DNA of 64,000 nucleotides from Candidatus Bathyarchaeota archaeon (GTDB lineage Archaea; Thermoproteota; Bathyarchaeia; Bathyarchaeales; Bathycorpusculaceae), in NCBI GenBank assembly GCA_963777155.1, contig CAVZPM010000036.1, positions 32,001 to 96,000 of the forward strand. The letters run 5' to 3'. Position numbers and translations under genes: made by a program. The first letter of the stretch is position 1; the number at the start of each line of letters is the position of its first letter. The notes below the pieces were generated by a model. That model was not told the origin of the DNA and ran no database searches. It was given only the letters and a program-made list of their open reading frames with translations. Positions 40,530 to 51,340 of this stretch are shown here, piece by piece.

Positions 40530-41642
40530 ATGTTGAGTGCTGTGATAAGAAGAAAAAAGTTTTCTCGAGGTTGTCTAAGTATCGGTAAAATTAGTAGGAG
40601 CTTGTCCTTAACTTTCATTTTGATTTTGTTTCTATCAAGCTCCATTATAGAGGGAACTGCTTGTGCTCAATCAACTAAACCCTTAGCACCAAAGTTTTCT
40701 ATGCAATTCCCAAATGACAGCACATTACAGTTTGTAATAGAAAATCAAGCATTCACAAGCAGCGATGTTGTTAACTCAATAGTTTATAATTATAGAGCCA
40801 AAGAACATTACTCAGGCTTATGGGTACGCCATGGAGGAGATGGTAAACTCCAGTCTGACACTGAAAATACACTTTGGGAAATAAGAATTGACACATTTAA
40901 TTTTTTACCAGACGTTGAAACTAAAAGTGTTGTTAAATCAAATCCTACTTTAATGGATTTTCAGCTTCGAGCACAAACTGGCAACTACTCAAGAGCGTAT
41001 TTTTACGGTCAGATGCCAGGTACCTCTATCCCAACTGATGGGTACTGGGAAACTACCTTCAATGAATCAGAGACAAGTGATTGGAGTGACACAATTACAG
41101 TTAACCTAAATGATAAAATTACGTTAACGCCAAGCCAACTCGCTTCACTTAATCCGACATTAAGTCCTGGTCCATCATTAACGCCCACAACTACAGGTTC
41201 CCCAACAGTTACTCCAACAGCTACACCCTCTTCATTTCAGTTTGATTTATCAGCTGGAGACAAAACCTACCCAGTTATCGCGTATAGCAACTCCACAATT
41301 ACCGATTTAACGTTTAACTCTGCCACGAAAGAGCTAAACTTCAAAGCAAACGGACAAACCGGAACAATAGGATACTGCAGAATCACTATCCCAGCTAATC
41401 TTGTATGGGGAGAACTATCAATCTACAAAGACGAAACACTGCTGGTAGAAAACGTAGATTACACCCAATCTAACGATGGAACAAACAATATACTAGAAAT
41501 TAACTACAATCACAGCACTCACAATTTCAAGATAATTGGAACACACGCAATCCCAGAGTTTCCCTGGTTGATGCTCTTACCTCTATTTCTGTTTGTACTA
41601 TCTTTAGCAGTGCTGATTAGGAAGAGAAAAATTTCTCGGTAA
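40530..41642 (+). CDS. Surface glycoprotein with PEF-CTERM sorting signal
   Basis: Signal peptide, PT linker, stalk domain, IPEFP + TM + RKRK. Confidence 0.88.
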   Translation: MLSAVIRRKKFSRGCLSIGKISRSLSLTFILILFLSSSIIEGTACAQSTKPLAPKFSMQFPNDSTLQFVIENQAFTSSDVVNSIVYNYRAKEHYSGLWVRHGGDGKLQSDTENTLWEIRIDTFNFLPDVETKSVVKSNPTLMDFQLRAQTGNYSRAYFYGQMPGTSIPTDGYWETTFNESETSDWSDTITVNLNDKITLTPSQLASLNPTLSPGPSLTPTTTGSPTVTPTATPSSFQFDLSAGDKTYPVIAYSNSTITDLTFNSATKELNFKANGQTGTIGYCRITIPANLVWGELSIYKDETLLVENVDYTQSNDGTNNILEINYNHSTHNFKIIGTHAIPEFPWLMLLPLFLFVLSLAVLIRKRKISR

Positions 41643-41696
41643 ACGTCAATACAATCTATTTAATGTATAAAGCCTCTTTTCATTGACGAGCGTGTT

Positions 41697-42395
41697 CTAC
41701 AGTGTCTCGGAGATAATTCGTGAAAGAATAGCCCAACCGTGCTTCACCCTTAGCTTCTTCTCGCCTATTCTTGCTCGGTAACTTATGGGAACCTCCACAA
41801 TTCTATATCCCTTTTTCTCTACGTAGCTGTTCAGCTCCACTTCTATGTCGAAGCTCTTGGATTTGGGGGTCCAGTTCCGCATCAGATCTACCCTGACAAC
41901 CCGCAATCCCGTAAGGGGATCTTTTAGGTCTATGTTATTTAGCAAAGTGTGAACGGAGGCGATGATCTTGTTGCCGATGTAGAAGACCTTTTTCATATCC
42001 TTAATCGGGTAAGTAGAATTGAACCTGTTCCCGCACACCATACCTACTGTTGGGTCATCTTGCAAGATCTTTATCATTTCAGGAATAAATTCCACGGGGT
42101 ATGTAAAGTCTGCATCATCAATTATGACGTATTGGGCTTTGCTGTCTAGGTATTTGAGTCCAAAGTCTAAGGCATCCCCCTTGCCCTCTCCTTCCTGAGA
42201 AATAACGTCCGCACCCAAATCTTTAGCAACGCGAACGGTATTATCACTGCTGTTGCCATCAACAACCAAAATTTTTAGGCCAGAGAATTGAGTTCTAAGT
42301 TCTGTAATAGTATGAGCTATGCCTTCTTCTTCATTTAGAGCTGGAATAAGACAAGCCGCATATGCAATCCAGGAAAAATCTTCTTGTTTCTCCAT
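41697..42395 (-). CDS. GT2 glycosyltransferase (DPM-synthase-like)
   Basis: IPALNEE, VVDGNSSDNT, GKG, DAD, FDIEVE, YRAR.GEKKL. Confidence 0.92.
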   Translation of the reverse strand: MEKQEDFSWIAYAACLIPALNEEEGIAHTITELRTQFSGLKILVVDGNSSDNTVRVAKDLGADVISQEGEGKGDALDFGLKYLDSKAQYVIIDDADFTYPVEFIPEMIKILQDDPTVGMVCGNRFNSTYPIKDMKKVFYIGNKIIASVHTLLNNIDLKDPLTGLRVVRVDLMRNWTPKSKSFDIEVELNSYVEKKGYRIVEVPISYRARIGEKKLRVKHGWAILSRIISETL

Positions 42396-42575
42396 AACGA
42401 GCCATTACTATTCACCTTGGAATACAGCCTAATAAATGATAATTCGACAAATTCAATATATCGAGCCAAACAGTACGGTTTATCAGGGAGCTATATTCAG
42501 CTCCATATGCACTCATCGTAGTTCTGCATAAAGAGATCGATTTTACGTGAGAAATTAGCGATTCTTCTGTATAGT

Positions 42576-43655
42576 TTACTTAATCTTTTCCAGTAGAACC
42601 TCAAGTATTTTCTTTGCGGTTTTTCCATCACCAAACGGATTAACCCAACCCTTCTGTCGCTTAACCATGACCTTGGCAGCTTCAAGAATTCGATCAGAAC
42701 TAGTACCCGCCAATATATTTGACCCAACCTCTATTGTTTCAGGCCGCTCCGTATTATCCCTCATAGTTATACAAGGCACACCAAGGATGCAGGTTTCTTC
42801 TTGTACTCCACCCGAATCCGAGAAAACCAACATAGCCTTGCTTTCAAGATTCAGAAAAGACAAATAATCCAAAGGCTCAACCAAAGTCAGCCCGGCAGAA
42901 TCTATTCCAAATAACTCAAGTTCTTTTCGGGCGCGAGGATGAATAGGATAGATTATTGGAATTCCAAATTCCTTCTGTACCAACTGTAAACCCTTGATTA
43001 TACCCTCAAACCGACCTCTGTCGTCCACATTTTCCTGCCTGTGCGACGTAGCCAACATAAACTTGCCCGAATTAAGACCCAACTTCCCAAGGTTTTGGTT
43101 TTTGGATTTAGCTATTTCCATGTTCTGGAAAACTGCATCGACAACGGTATTGCCAACCAAGAAAACCTGTTTTTCTTCAATGCCTTCATCAAGCAAGTTG
43201 CCCTTCGATTTTTGTGTGGGCGCAAACAAGAAATCCGAACAGTGGTCAGTCAAAACCCGGTTAGTTTCCTCAGGCATCCTTCTGTCGTAGCTGCGCAATC
43301 CAGCCTCCACATGACCAACTTTAACCCCAAGTTTCACAGCAGCTAATGCTCCTGCAAGAACAGTATTTGTGTCACCCTCAACCAAAACCACATCAGGAGA
43401 TTCGTTGATTAGAATCTCTTCAATACCAGCAAGCATCTTACCAGTCTGTTTTCCATGCAAACCAGAGCCCACATCAAGATTATACTTTGCCATGGGCAAC
43501 CCCAACTGCTCAAAAAAAACCCTGTCCATACTATACGAGTAATGCTGACCCGTATGCAAAACAAAGAAATCCAAACCTAAGCGTTCACATTCCCTGATAA
43601 TGGGTGAACACTTGATGATTTCAGGTCGAGTCCCCAAAATTACTGCAATTCTCAA
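42576..43655 (-). CDS. wecB: UDP-N-acetylglucosamine 2-epimerase (non-hydrolysing)
   Basis: GTRPEIIK, HTGQH, GDTNT, HVEAGLRS, HRQEN, DSGGVQEE, TERPE. Confidence 0.97.
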   Translation of the reverse strand: MRIAVILGTRPEIIKCSPIIRECERLGLDFFVLHTGQHYSYSMDRVFFEQLGLPMAKYNLDVGSGLHGKQTGKMLAGIEEILINESPDVVLVEGDTNTVLAGALAAVKLGVKVGHVEAGLRSYDRRMPEETNRVLTDHCSDFLFAPTQKSKGNLLDEGIEEKQVFLVGNTVVDAVFQNMEIAKSKNQNLGKLGLNSGKFMLATSHRQENVDDRGRFEGIIKGLQLVQKEFGIPIIYPIHPRARKELELFGIDSAGLTLVEPLDYLSFLNLESKAMLVFSDSGGVQEETCILGVPCITMRDNTERPETIEVGSNILAGTSSDRILEAAKVMVKRQKGWVNPFGDGKTAKKILEVLLEKIK

Positions 43656-43757
43656 TTTTGCGGTTATCTCCAGTACCTCGCTGCTTAGGTATGATTCTTT
43701 GATGTTAACTTAATAGGTTTGCTACAAGGTGTTTTGTATTTTTTATTTTCAGTCAAG

Positions 43758-45341
43758 TTACAGTTTAAGGGTATTCATCAGTTTCTCAATGAAATTAAGA
43801 AAGATCGCCAATATTTTTCCTCCAATTCCAACACTGGTTATCATATCCCGCAGGTTCTTTATGTCATTTCTGTCAATTGCCCTGCTTAACAAAATCGCAG
43901 GCACCAAGATAATAACGAAGAAGGTGAAGCCAATTATTAGTCTAATCCAACTTGCGAGTGGCAGCTGCATTACAAAAAAGTAGGTTAGAGCGGCAGGTAT
44001 AGCGGACGAAATGAGAATTTTAGCAGAGGAGCGCCAATCCACTTGCGCACCATAATTTTTTTTGATGAAACGTAATCCCATGATCGTGCTGGGCAGGTCT
44101 GATAGTAGTGATGCTGCAATGAGTCCTAAAACCCCAAAGTTGAAAATTAAAATGTAACCGAATGGAAAACCTATGGCTCCAGTTACGATAGCCATTTTTA
44201 AGACGTATCTTGACTGCCCTTGTCCATTTAGAAGAGCATCTATGCTGAGGTATCCTAGAGCTGCATAGGAAAACGGAATCGCAAGCAATGCAAGGAAGAG
44301 TGGCGCAGTACTGTATGTGTTTCCAAAAAGTGTCTCAACTGCAGGTTGTGCTAGACACATAACTAGAGCTGTCACGGGCACAACAAGAAGTGAAGCGTAT
44401 TTGATAGAGAACTTATAGATGTTTCTAAGAGGCTCTTTGTCCTTTTCTGGATCCATCTTGGAGAAAGCGGGAAACATCATTGTAAGAATGGGAGTAGCGA
44501 AGAAGCCGATGAGAACAACAAAAGCCGAGGCTACACCGTAATTTCCTATTACAGCGTTGTCGATGGCATAGTAAATTGGAAGCAAGAAAGCATAGAATTG
44601 GGGAAGAAATCCGCCAATCATTGCAGCTAAAGATAAAGGCAGACAATATTTTAACATAGTTGATAAGTATGCTTTTATTTCGAGTTTATTTGGAGGCAGT
44701 TTAGGTAGTTGCCGATAAATGAGCCAGGTAAGTACTATACCAATTGAGCTCGCAATAATTGTGCCAGCTGTGAAACCTATAGTAGCTCCTGATGTACCTA
44801 ACCCCAGAAGTACTAATCCGATTATTAGAACAGTTTTAATGATGCTTTGGCAAATAATCATTATACTGTTGAAACCCATTTTTTCATAACCTGTAAAGAA
44901 GGCTGTAGCGGAGGCTATTAGCGCGTTTGCTAGTATGGAAAAAGAGGCAATTTCGATTAGGGGAGCTAGGGCTGGACGATGAAAGAGATGGACTGAAAGA
45001 AAGTCGGAAAAAAGAAGCGAAAAAATTGAAAGAATTAAGCCTGTGAAGATTTCAAACGTTAAGCCAGCTACGTACACACTTCGGATTTCATTCTCTCTGT
45101 TTTCGGTGCGAAATTGCGCTGTAAATCTAACGATAGCTGAGGTTACGCTCCAGTCTCGGAATAAGACCAAAAGATTTGGAAGGGTCAAAACTATTGCAAA
45201 CAAGCCATATTGGTCTGATCCAAGCAGTTTTGCTATGAATATTGTGCCAATTGATGAAATGACTGTTGAAATCACTAACCCCAAAAGGAGGCTATAGCCA
45301 CCTTTTGCCGAAACCTTTGCAATATTCCCAGCTTTAGTCAT
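43758..45341 (-). CDS. Oligosaccharide flippase (MOP/Wzx-like), paralog 2
   Basis: Same architecture and motifs as 33181-34782 (AKVSAKGG, FRDW.VT.A, MFPAFSK). Confidence 0.9.
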   Translation of the reverse strand: MTKAGNIAKVSAKGGYSLLLGLVISTVISSIGTIFIAKLLGSDQYGLFAIVLTLPNLLVLFRDWSVTSAIVRFTAQFRTENRENEIRSVYVAGLTFEIFTGLILSIFSLLFSDFLSVHLFHRPALAPLIEIASFSILANALIASATAFFTGYEKMGFNSIMIICQSIIKTVLIIGLVLLGLGTSGATIGFTAGTIIASSIGIVLTWLIYRQLPKLPPNKLEIKAYLSTMLKYCLPLSLAAMIGGFLPQFYAFLLPIYYAIDNAVIGNYGVASAFVVLIGFFATPILTMMFPAFSKMDPEKDKEPLRNIYKFSIKYASLLVVPVTALVMCLAQPAVETLFGNTYSTAPLFLALLAIPFSYAALGYLSIDALLNGQGQSRYVLKMAIVTGAIGFPFGYILIFNFGVLGLIAASLLSDLPSTIMGLRFIKKNYGAQVDWRSSAKILISSAIPAALTYFFVMQLPLASWIRLIIGFTFFVIILVPAILLSRAIDRNDIKNLRDMITSVGIGGKILAIFLNFIEKLMNTLKL

Positions 45342-45892
45342 TGATTGTTTTCCTACGTTAAAGTGATGGTATTTATTTTTTTAAACGGTTAATCGTTTGT
45401 AGTTGAAGCTACTCAGTAGTTTTTTACTGTTACCCGCTTCAAATTGTTCAAATTTCCATTATAAAACTTAATACCTCTGTAGGTTAATAGACCATGTGAA
45501 TTACTGATAAATAGCGTATATTATGATTTTACATTTCGATTCACTGTTACGTTTGGTTATGCCCATTTGTTGCATAACTTGAATTTGGAATTGAAACCGA
45601 CTGCAGCAATGACGTAAAAATCGTATTTGTTAGTTCTCCCTTGCCTTCCTAAGAAATAGATAAAATTGCCAAACTCTCAATTGCTGATTGTGGACGCGAA
45701 ATGGCTAGGCTGTTTGATGCGAAGTGAGAATATTATCAAATCCGTAATATCGCATATATTGAGAAAATCGAAGATTAGTGTTGTATAATAAAAAAGGCAC
45801 GCTGCAAAGGGCATGCTTGTAGCAGCTGTTAACGGAGTAGCCTAGCAATGCCTATGCTATCAGCGTAACGTGTAAATTGGGAGAAATATAGT

Positions 45893-48664
45893 TTGGAAAA
45901 AACAACGGCTTTGACTATTCTTTTAGTTGTCACAGTGGCCTTAGCAAGCTTATCTGTGACTCCGAGGATTGCCGCTGAGCCATTGCATGGAGCCATTACG
46001 ATAGGTTTTGATGATGCAATGCAGAGCCAATTTGATTATGCTTGGCCTTTGATGCAGGCCAGAGGAATTGTTGGCACATTCTACACTGTTTCGAGCTTTA
46101 TTAGCGATTTTTCTGGTGATTATAATCGTATGGGTTTGAATGAACTTCACACTCTGCAGAATGCCGGCAACGAGATAGGAAGCCACAGTGTCACTCATGA
46201 GCATTTTGAAACCATGACCGACGCTGAAATTGAATATCAATGTGGCGTTTCTCAACAAGTCTTGCGGGCCAATGGGTTTTCAGCCAACAATTTTGCTTTT
46301 CCTTATGGCGATACAAACGATCCTAACGCCGAGCATATTGATTCGATTGTATCCCAATATTATAGGTCGGCGCGGTCAGCGTATTATTATCCGGAAGTTT
46401 TGTCGTTTCCGATAGATATGTTCAGGTTGCCGGGTTTTCCAGCTGAGACCGGCGATAGCACCGTTTTGTCACGAGCCATAAGTGCGGTAGACCAAGCTTA
46501 TAATGAAAATGGCTGGGTTCAAATTTACTTCCACAACGTAATTCCAGATGTCTATAATGAGCCATATGCGATAAGTGCCCAAGATTTCGAGGCTTTTCTT
46601 GACTATGTTGTTGCCAAAGGTATCCCGACTGTCACTGTAAACCAAGCATTAGACGGGGGTGTAGCGCCTCTTTCTACTTCGATAAGCCCGACCTCCGCAA
46701 GATTAGATGTTGGAGGATCACAAGTCTTTACTTCCTCTATCTCGGGGGGTGTCTCACCTTACTCTTACCGATGGTATCTAAATGGTAGCTTTACAGGCGC
46801 CACTGGTTCAAATTGGGCATTCAGTCCAACGCAGGCGGGACATTATAATATATACCTTCGAGTGACTGACAATGTAGGCACCGTAACTAACTCTAACACA
46901 GTTACTAATATCACTGTATATGGGGCTCTCACTTCTTCAATCAGCCCTACCTCCATGAACTTGACCGTTGGAAACACGCAACAGTTCACCTCAACGGTAA
47001 CAGGTGGATTTGCACCTTACACTTATCAATGGTACTATGCCAACAACACCGCCATAACTGGAGCTGGAGCAACAGGCTCAACTCTAAACTACAAGGCAAA
47101 TTTCACGGGAATCTACAACATCTACCTAAACGTCACAGATGCTCTCAACTACAAAGTGAAATCCAACACTGCCACCCTCAATGTCTATTCGCAACCTTCA
47201 GTAACTATCAGTCCAATCACAGCTAACATGACCATTGGAGGCACACAATTGTTTGACTCCAATGTAGCAGGCGGACTCATACCTTATACTTATCAATGGT
47301 ACTACGTAAATGGTACCGCAATATCAGGCGCGGCAACCTCAAACTTGACGTACAGAGCTAACTTCACTGGAAGTTACAGTATCTATCTTAACGTAACAGA
47401 CAACCTTAACTATAGAGTGAAATCCAATATAGCCACCTTCAATGTGTACTCACAACCGACGGTTACAATTAATCCGACCTCCCTAAATATGACCGCCGGG
47501 AAAACGCAACAGTTTACCTCAACAGTGACAGGCGGACTTGTACCCTACAGCTACCAATGGTACTACGCTAACAACACAGCAATCGCAGGAGCCACAAACC
47601 CAACGCTAAATTATAAAGCGAATTTCACAGGAAGTTATAGTATCTACCTAAACGTCACAGACAACCTCAACTACAAAGCAAAATCAAATTCTGCAACCGT
47701 CAATGTTTACTCACAACCAACCGTCATGATTGCTCCGACCTCATCCATTCTTTATTATGGTCAACTCCAAACATTTAACGCCTCCACTATAGGAGGCTTA
47801 GCGCCCTACACCTACCAATGGTACATAAACAACACCGCGGTACCACAAGCCACATATCCCGTCTGGATATTTACGCCCAAAGAAAATGGCAACTATCGAA
47901 TCCACCTCAACGTTACTGACACCTTAGGCAGTGAAGTAAAATCCAACATCGCCAGCGACATCAACGTCTATGGAGTCTATCTCATGATCGATTCGCAAGC
48001 AAGCTACTTATTGGGCGAGCAAGTAAGCTTGAAAGTGACTATTTTGAACCAGCAGAATCCCAAACTAGAAACATCGCTAGCCTTGACAATTACTGGACCA
48101 GCAGACTACAGTTTCCACGTTTTTCAACCCATAAATGTGTCAGCCAATTCGGCAGAAGAATACAGTTTCGTCTGGGTTGTTCCCAACGTCGATGGCACAT
48201 ATATTGTAGAGGCTATTTTGGTTCCAGCCCAGTTAACAGCTTACGACTCAAAATGGCTACAAACAAATGAGCAACCTAACCAATTTGGGTCAAGTGAGGA
48301 TAGTTTTGTTGTTTCACAAAGCGTGGCAAGCGTTGAATCTGCCTTTTTTATGCTCATTGGGAGCCAAGTCCTTGGCAGCGTTTGCAGTCTATTGTTTTTA
48401 AAGCATAAAGGCAAGAAGACTTGGCTGCTTTTAAGTGCGTCCCCAATGTTAGGAATAAAAGTTTTGTGGAGGTTGGCTTGGAACCTTCACAGTAAATTTC
48501 ATCTTAAACAGCGCATTATATTTCAGGATATAAGTGGTCGAAATAATACATTGAAAACATTCTTGTTGACCTATTTTAGCAAGGGAACAGTGTGGGCAAC
48601 TTCTGGTTTTTCCAATATTTCTTTTTGGGTTAGCTTAAAGGGCAGGATTGCGTGGTTTGCATAA
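45893..48664 (+). CDS. Secreted polysaccharide deacetylase (NodB/CE4) + five Ig/PKD-like repeats + shared LTAYDxxW domain + TM
   Basis: Signal peptide; TIGFDD, EIGSHSVTH, FAFPYG, YFH; repeats; the tail after the TM may be read-through. Confidence 0.88.
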   Translation: MEKTTALTILLVVTVALASLSVTPRIAAEPLHGAITIGFDDAMQSQFDYAWPLMQARGIVGTFYTVSSFISDFSGDYNRMGLNELHTLQNAGNEIGSHSVTHEHFETMTDAEIEYQCGVSQQVLRANGFSANNFAFPYGDTNDPNAEHIDSIVSQYYRSARSAYYYPEVLSFPIDMFRLPGFPAETGDSTVLSRAISAVDQAYNENGWVQIYFHNVIPDVYNEPYAISAQDFEAFLDYVVAKGIPTVTVNQALDGGVAPLSTSISPTSARLDVGGSQVFTSSISGGVSPYSYRWYLNGSFTGATGSNWAFSPTQAGHYNIYLRVTDNVGTVTNSNTVTNITVYGALTSSISPTSMNLTVGNTQQFTSTVTGGFAPYTYQWYYANNTAITGAGATGSTLNYKANFTGIYNIYLNVTDALNYKVKSNTATLNVYSQPSVTISPITANMTIGGTQLFDSNVAGGLIPYTYQWYYVNGTAISGAATSNLTYRANFTGSYSIYLNVTDNLNYRVKSNIATFNVYSQPTVTINPTSLNMTAGKTQQFTSTVTGGLVPYSYQWYYANNTAIAGATNPTLNYKANFTGSYSIYLNVTDNLNYKAKSNSATVNVYSQPTVMIAPTSSILYYGQLQTFNASTIGGLAPYTYQWYINNTAVPQATYPVWIFTPKENGNYRIHLNVTDTLGSEVKSNIASDINVYGVYLMIDSQASYLLGEQVSLKVTILNQQNPKLETSLALTITGPADYSFHVFQPINVSANSAEEYSFVWVVPNVDGTYIVEAILVPAQLTAYDSKWLQTNEQPNQFGSSEDSFVVSQSVASVESAFFMLIGSQVLGSVCSLLFLKHKGKKTWLLLSASPMLGIKVLWRLAWNLHSKFHLKQRIIFQDISGRNNTLKTFLLTYFSKGTVWATSGFSNISFWVSLKGRIAWFA
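46667..47974 (+). repeat. Five tandem ~87-aa Ig/PKD-like repeats
   Basis: Each reads [S/T]I.P.....G..Q.F.S...GG..PY.YQWY.N...GAT......G.Y.IYLNVTD......SN....VY; rich in N-x-S/T sequons. Confidence 0.9.
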
Positions 48665-51195
48665 GACGAGAATTTATCGCTGTGTTATTAGCTTTGGGTT
48701 TAGGTTTGGTAGCGGTTGCGCCATTTGAGGCTATTTTTTGTGGGTCTGCGCCAGTTGTGACTGGTAATGACTTTGAGCCTACGATGAGTGTTCCTTTGGG
48801 TGTGGACAAAAATAATAACGGAGTCGAGGATGGTCTTGATTCAGAAATTGCCGAGCAGCTACATATGAGTAGTACAGCAAGTGACGAATACGTGAATGTT
48901 ACAGTCCTTTTGATGAATAAACCGTCGGGTGAGGATGTGGCCATCTTTTCTTCGTCCGGTGGAACCTTAACAACTGAGTTGTGGACAGAAGCTGTTTACG
49001 GTTTTGGGGGACGGATACCCTACAGTGGAATTGTTAGTTTTATTACGCAGTGTTCTGATGTGTTGTTGATTGAGAAAGAGGCAGTTTGCAATGCAACCGT
49101 GGCTTATGCGACGCGGCAAGTGGGAGCTAGACCTTATGTTTGGAGTACGTTGGGGCTTCAGGGAGATCCGAATGCTTCGTTAGCGGTTCTGGATACTGGG
49201 ATTGATTCATCGCATGTTGATTTTGCGCCCGGTTTTGGGAGTGGAGATTTTTCGAAAAAGATTGTTGGGTGGAACGATCAGGTAACATCTTCGGTTGTTC
49301 CGTTTGATGATAATGGACATGGATCTCATTGTTCTGGGTTAGCTGCTGGAGATGGATTTTTTAGTGTTGATTCTTCAGGTTACGCCACTGCCACATGGGG
49401 AGCAAACTTGGGTGCGGTTACAAGCCCTGGCACATTTTTGATTAGCGGTATGATGTTGAATAATTCGGGTGCAATAACGGTTAAGGTAAAGTGGACATCC
49501 ACTGGCACGGCTGCTCTTACAGCGGCTCCATTGTATTATGGTGACAAAACTCTGAGCACGGGGGCTTGGAGTCAAGTTGCTACGGTTAGTACTCCGAGCC
49601 AGAACACTTGGTATACTCTGACGTACAATGTGGTTTCTGTTCCTTCTGGTGGGTATGAGATGTATCATCCGCAGTTGACTTTGAGTTCTGGAACGGGAAA
49701 TCTTTATGTGACGTTTACAATGTCGTGGCCTTACGTGACACCTTCGGATGGTTTTTCGGCTTGGAAAGGTATGGCTTCTGAGTCGAAGCTTGTTGGAGTG
49801 AAGGTTCTTGATTATTCAGGTTCAGGGTCGTCCACTGGACTAATCAACGGCATTAACTGGATTATCGCGAATAGGGTAGGTTACCATATAACTGTGGCTA
49901 GTATGAGCTTGGGCTTTTCCAGCGAAGTTACGCTTGTTGATACCGCTCTTGTGAATCTGGTGAATAGCGGCGTGAGTACAATCGTTTCGGCGGGTAACAG
50001 CGGATCGGGAACCAACCGCATTTATACGCCTGGTTCAGTTGACGAGGTGTTAACTGTAGCATCTGTAGACCAGTTTGATGGAACATCTAGCTTTAGCAGT
50101 CAAGGGGGGACTTCGAGGTACACGGGTAAAACTGTGAAACCAGACATTACGGCTCCTGGGGGCAGTTTCTACGCAGTGCCTTTGTTTAGTGCAGACACGA
50201 ATTATAATGATGCTGACGGCGGGTTTTCTGATGTCACCGCTAATGATGCGGCGCCTATGCAGGGGACGTCTATGTCTTGTCCTGTAGTGTCTGGGGCTGC
50301 CGAAATTGTTGTACAAGCCATAGGAGGATATAGCTCTTGGAGCTGGACAAGAAATCAAGCCCTGATGCCTAAAACTTTGCTTTTGATGACGGCAACAGAG
50401 ACTTACCCGAATCTACGTGAGACTTCTACCTCTACTTCCAGTCCAACACTTAACCGGGGAGGAAAAGATGTGCATGAAGGTTATGGTAGACTTAACGTCG
50501 ATGCCGCAGCGGATGCCGTCCTGAAGACCTACATCGTTGGAACAACTGTGTCAGATAGCTTAGGTAGTCCACCTTCACTGGGAAATATTGCGGTTCTGGG
50601 TCAGAGATTGGCGTGGGCAAGAAACGTTCAGCTTTCTTCAGGCATACAATACAATTTCTCATTAGCCGTTCCATCCGGAGCAGATTACGATTTGTACCTC
50701 TATAATATTACGGGTAACTCCTATGGTGAACCTGTCATCGTTAATAGCGGCGTCTCGGCTGCGACTGGAGGCTTTGAAAAGATTTCCTATACGCCTTCTA
50801 ACTCCGGAGAGTATTATCTTGTTGTGAAGCGGGCAAGAGAAGACACAGGAGCGGGGCAGTTTACTTTGATAAGCACATTTAATCAGACTGCTCATCTTAT
50901 GTTGTATGCAGATCCTGATCAAGCCGCCTATGTGAGAGGGCAGTCTTTGATTTTGAAGGTTACTATGTTTAATGGGTTAGATCTTGCTTATGGGTCTGTT
51001 TTGACTATTACCGTGACTGGACCTAGTGGTTACAGCTTCTATGATTTTCAATCGATTAGTGTTACGGCAAATAGCGTTGGGGAGTACAGTTTTACATGGA
51101 ACGCACCGAATATTCCCGGAACCTATGTTGTTGAAGCTGGTCTAGCGCCATCATCATTAACTGCCTATGATGTGAAATGGGTGAATTTAACCTAA
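48652..51195 (+). CDS. Secreted S8 subtilase with prodomain, inserted beta domain, PPC-like domain and shared LTAYDxxW domain
   Basis: Triad motifs VLDTGID, HGSHCSG, GTSMSCP; oxyanion SAGNSG; DYDLYLY. Confidence 0.93.
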   Translation: MVCIRREFIAVLLALGLGLVAVAPFEAIFCGSAPVVTGNDFEPTMSVPLGVDKNNNGVEDGLDSEIAEQLHMSSTASDEYVNVTVLLMNKPSGEDVAIFSSSGGTLTTELWTEAVYGFGGRIPYSGIVSFITQCSDVLLIEKEAVCNATVAYATRQVGARPYVWSTLGLQGDPNASLAVLDTGIDSSHVDFAPGFGSGDFSKKIVGWNDQVTSSVVPFDDNGHGSHCSGLAAGDGFFSVDSSGYATATWGANLGAVTSPGTFLISGMMLNNSGAITVKVKWTSTGTAALTAAPLYYGDKTLSTGAWSQVATVSTPSQNTWYTLTYNVVSVPSGGYEMYHPQLTLSSGTGNLYVTFTMSWPYVTPSDGFSAWKGMASESKLVGVKVLDYSGSGSSTGLINGINWIIANRVGYHITVASMSLGFSSEVTLVDTALVNLVNSGVSTIVSAGNSGSGTNRIYTPGSVDEVLTVASVDQFDGTSSFSSQGGTSRYTGKTVKPDITAPGGSFYAVPLFSADTNYNDADGGFSDVTANDAAPMQGTSMSCPVVSGAAEIVVQAIGGYSSWSWTRNQALMPKTLLLMTATETYPNLRETSTSTSSPTLNRGGKDVHEGYGRLNVDAAADAVLKTYIVGTTVSDSLGSPPSLGNIAVLGQRLAWARNVQLSSGIQYNFSLAVPSGADYDLYLYNITGNSYGEPVIVNSGVSAATGGFEKISYTPSNSGEYYLVVKRAREDTGAGQFTLISTFNQTAHLMLYADPDQAAYVRGQSLILKVTMFNGLDLAYGSVLTITVTGPSGYSFYDFQSISVTANSVGEYSFTWNAPNIPGTYVVEAGLAPSSLTAYDVKWVNLT

Positions 51196-51340
51196 GTGAA
51201 TGGAAATGAAGCCAAAGGTTCTTAGGAAGGCTGCTTCTGCGACTATTTTCTTTTATTTCCTTGAAACACCTGAAACTAAAAATCTTAGAGCACTAACCCT
51301 TTATGTATTGTGCACTCAGTATTTGATGAGATGACTTCTC

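Noticed and set aside
48400-48664. C-terminal ~85 aa of the 923-aa deacetylase as a real domain
   Set aside because: Follows the TM and basic tail, looks like intergenic sequence and overlaps the next gene; probably read-through
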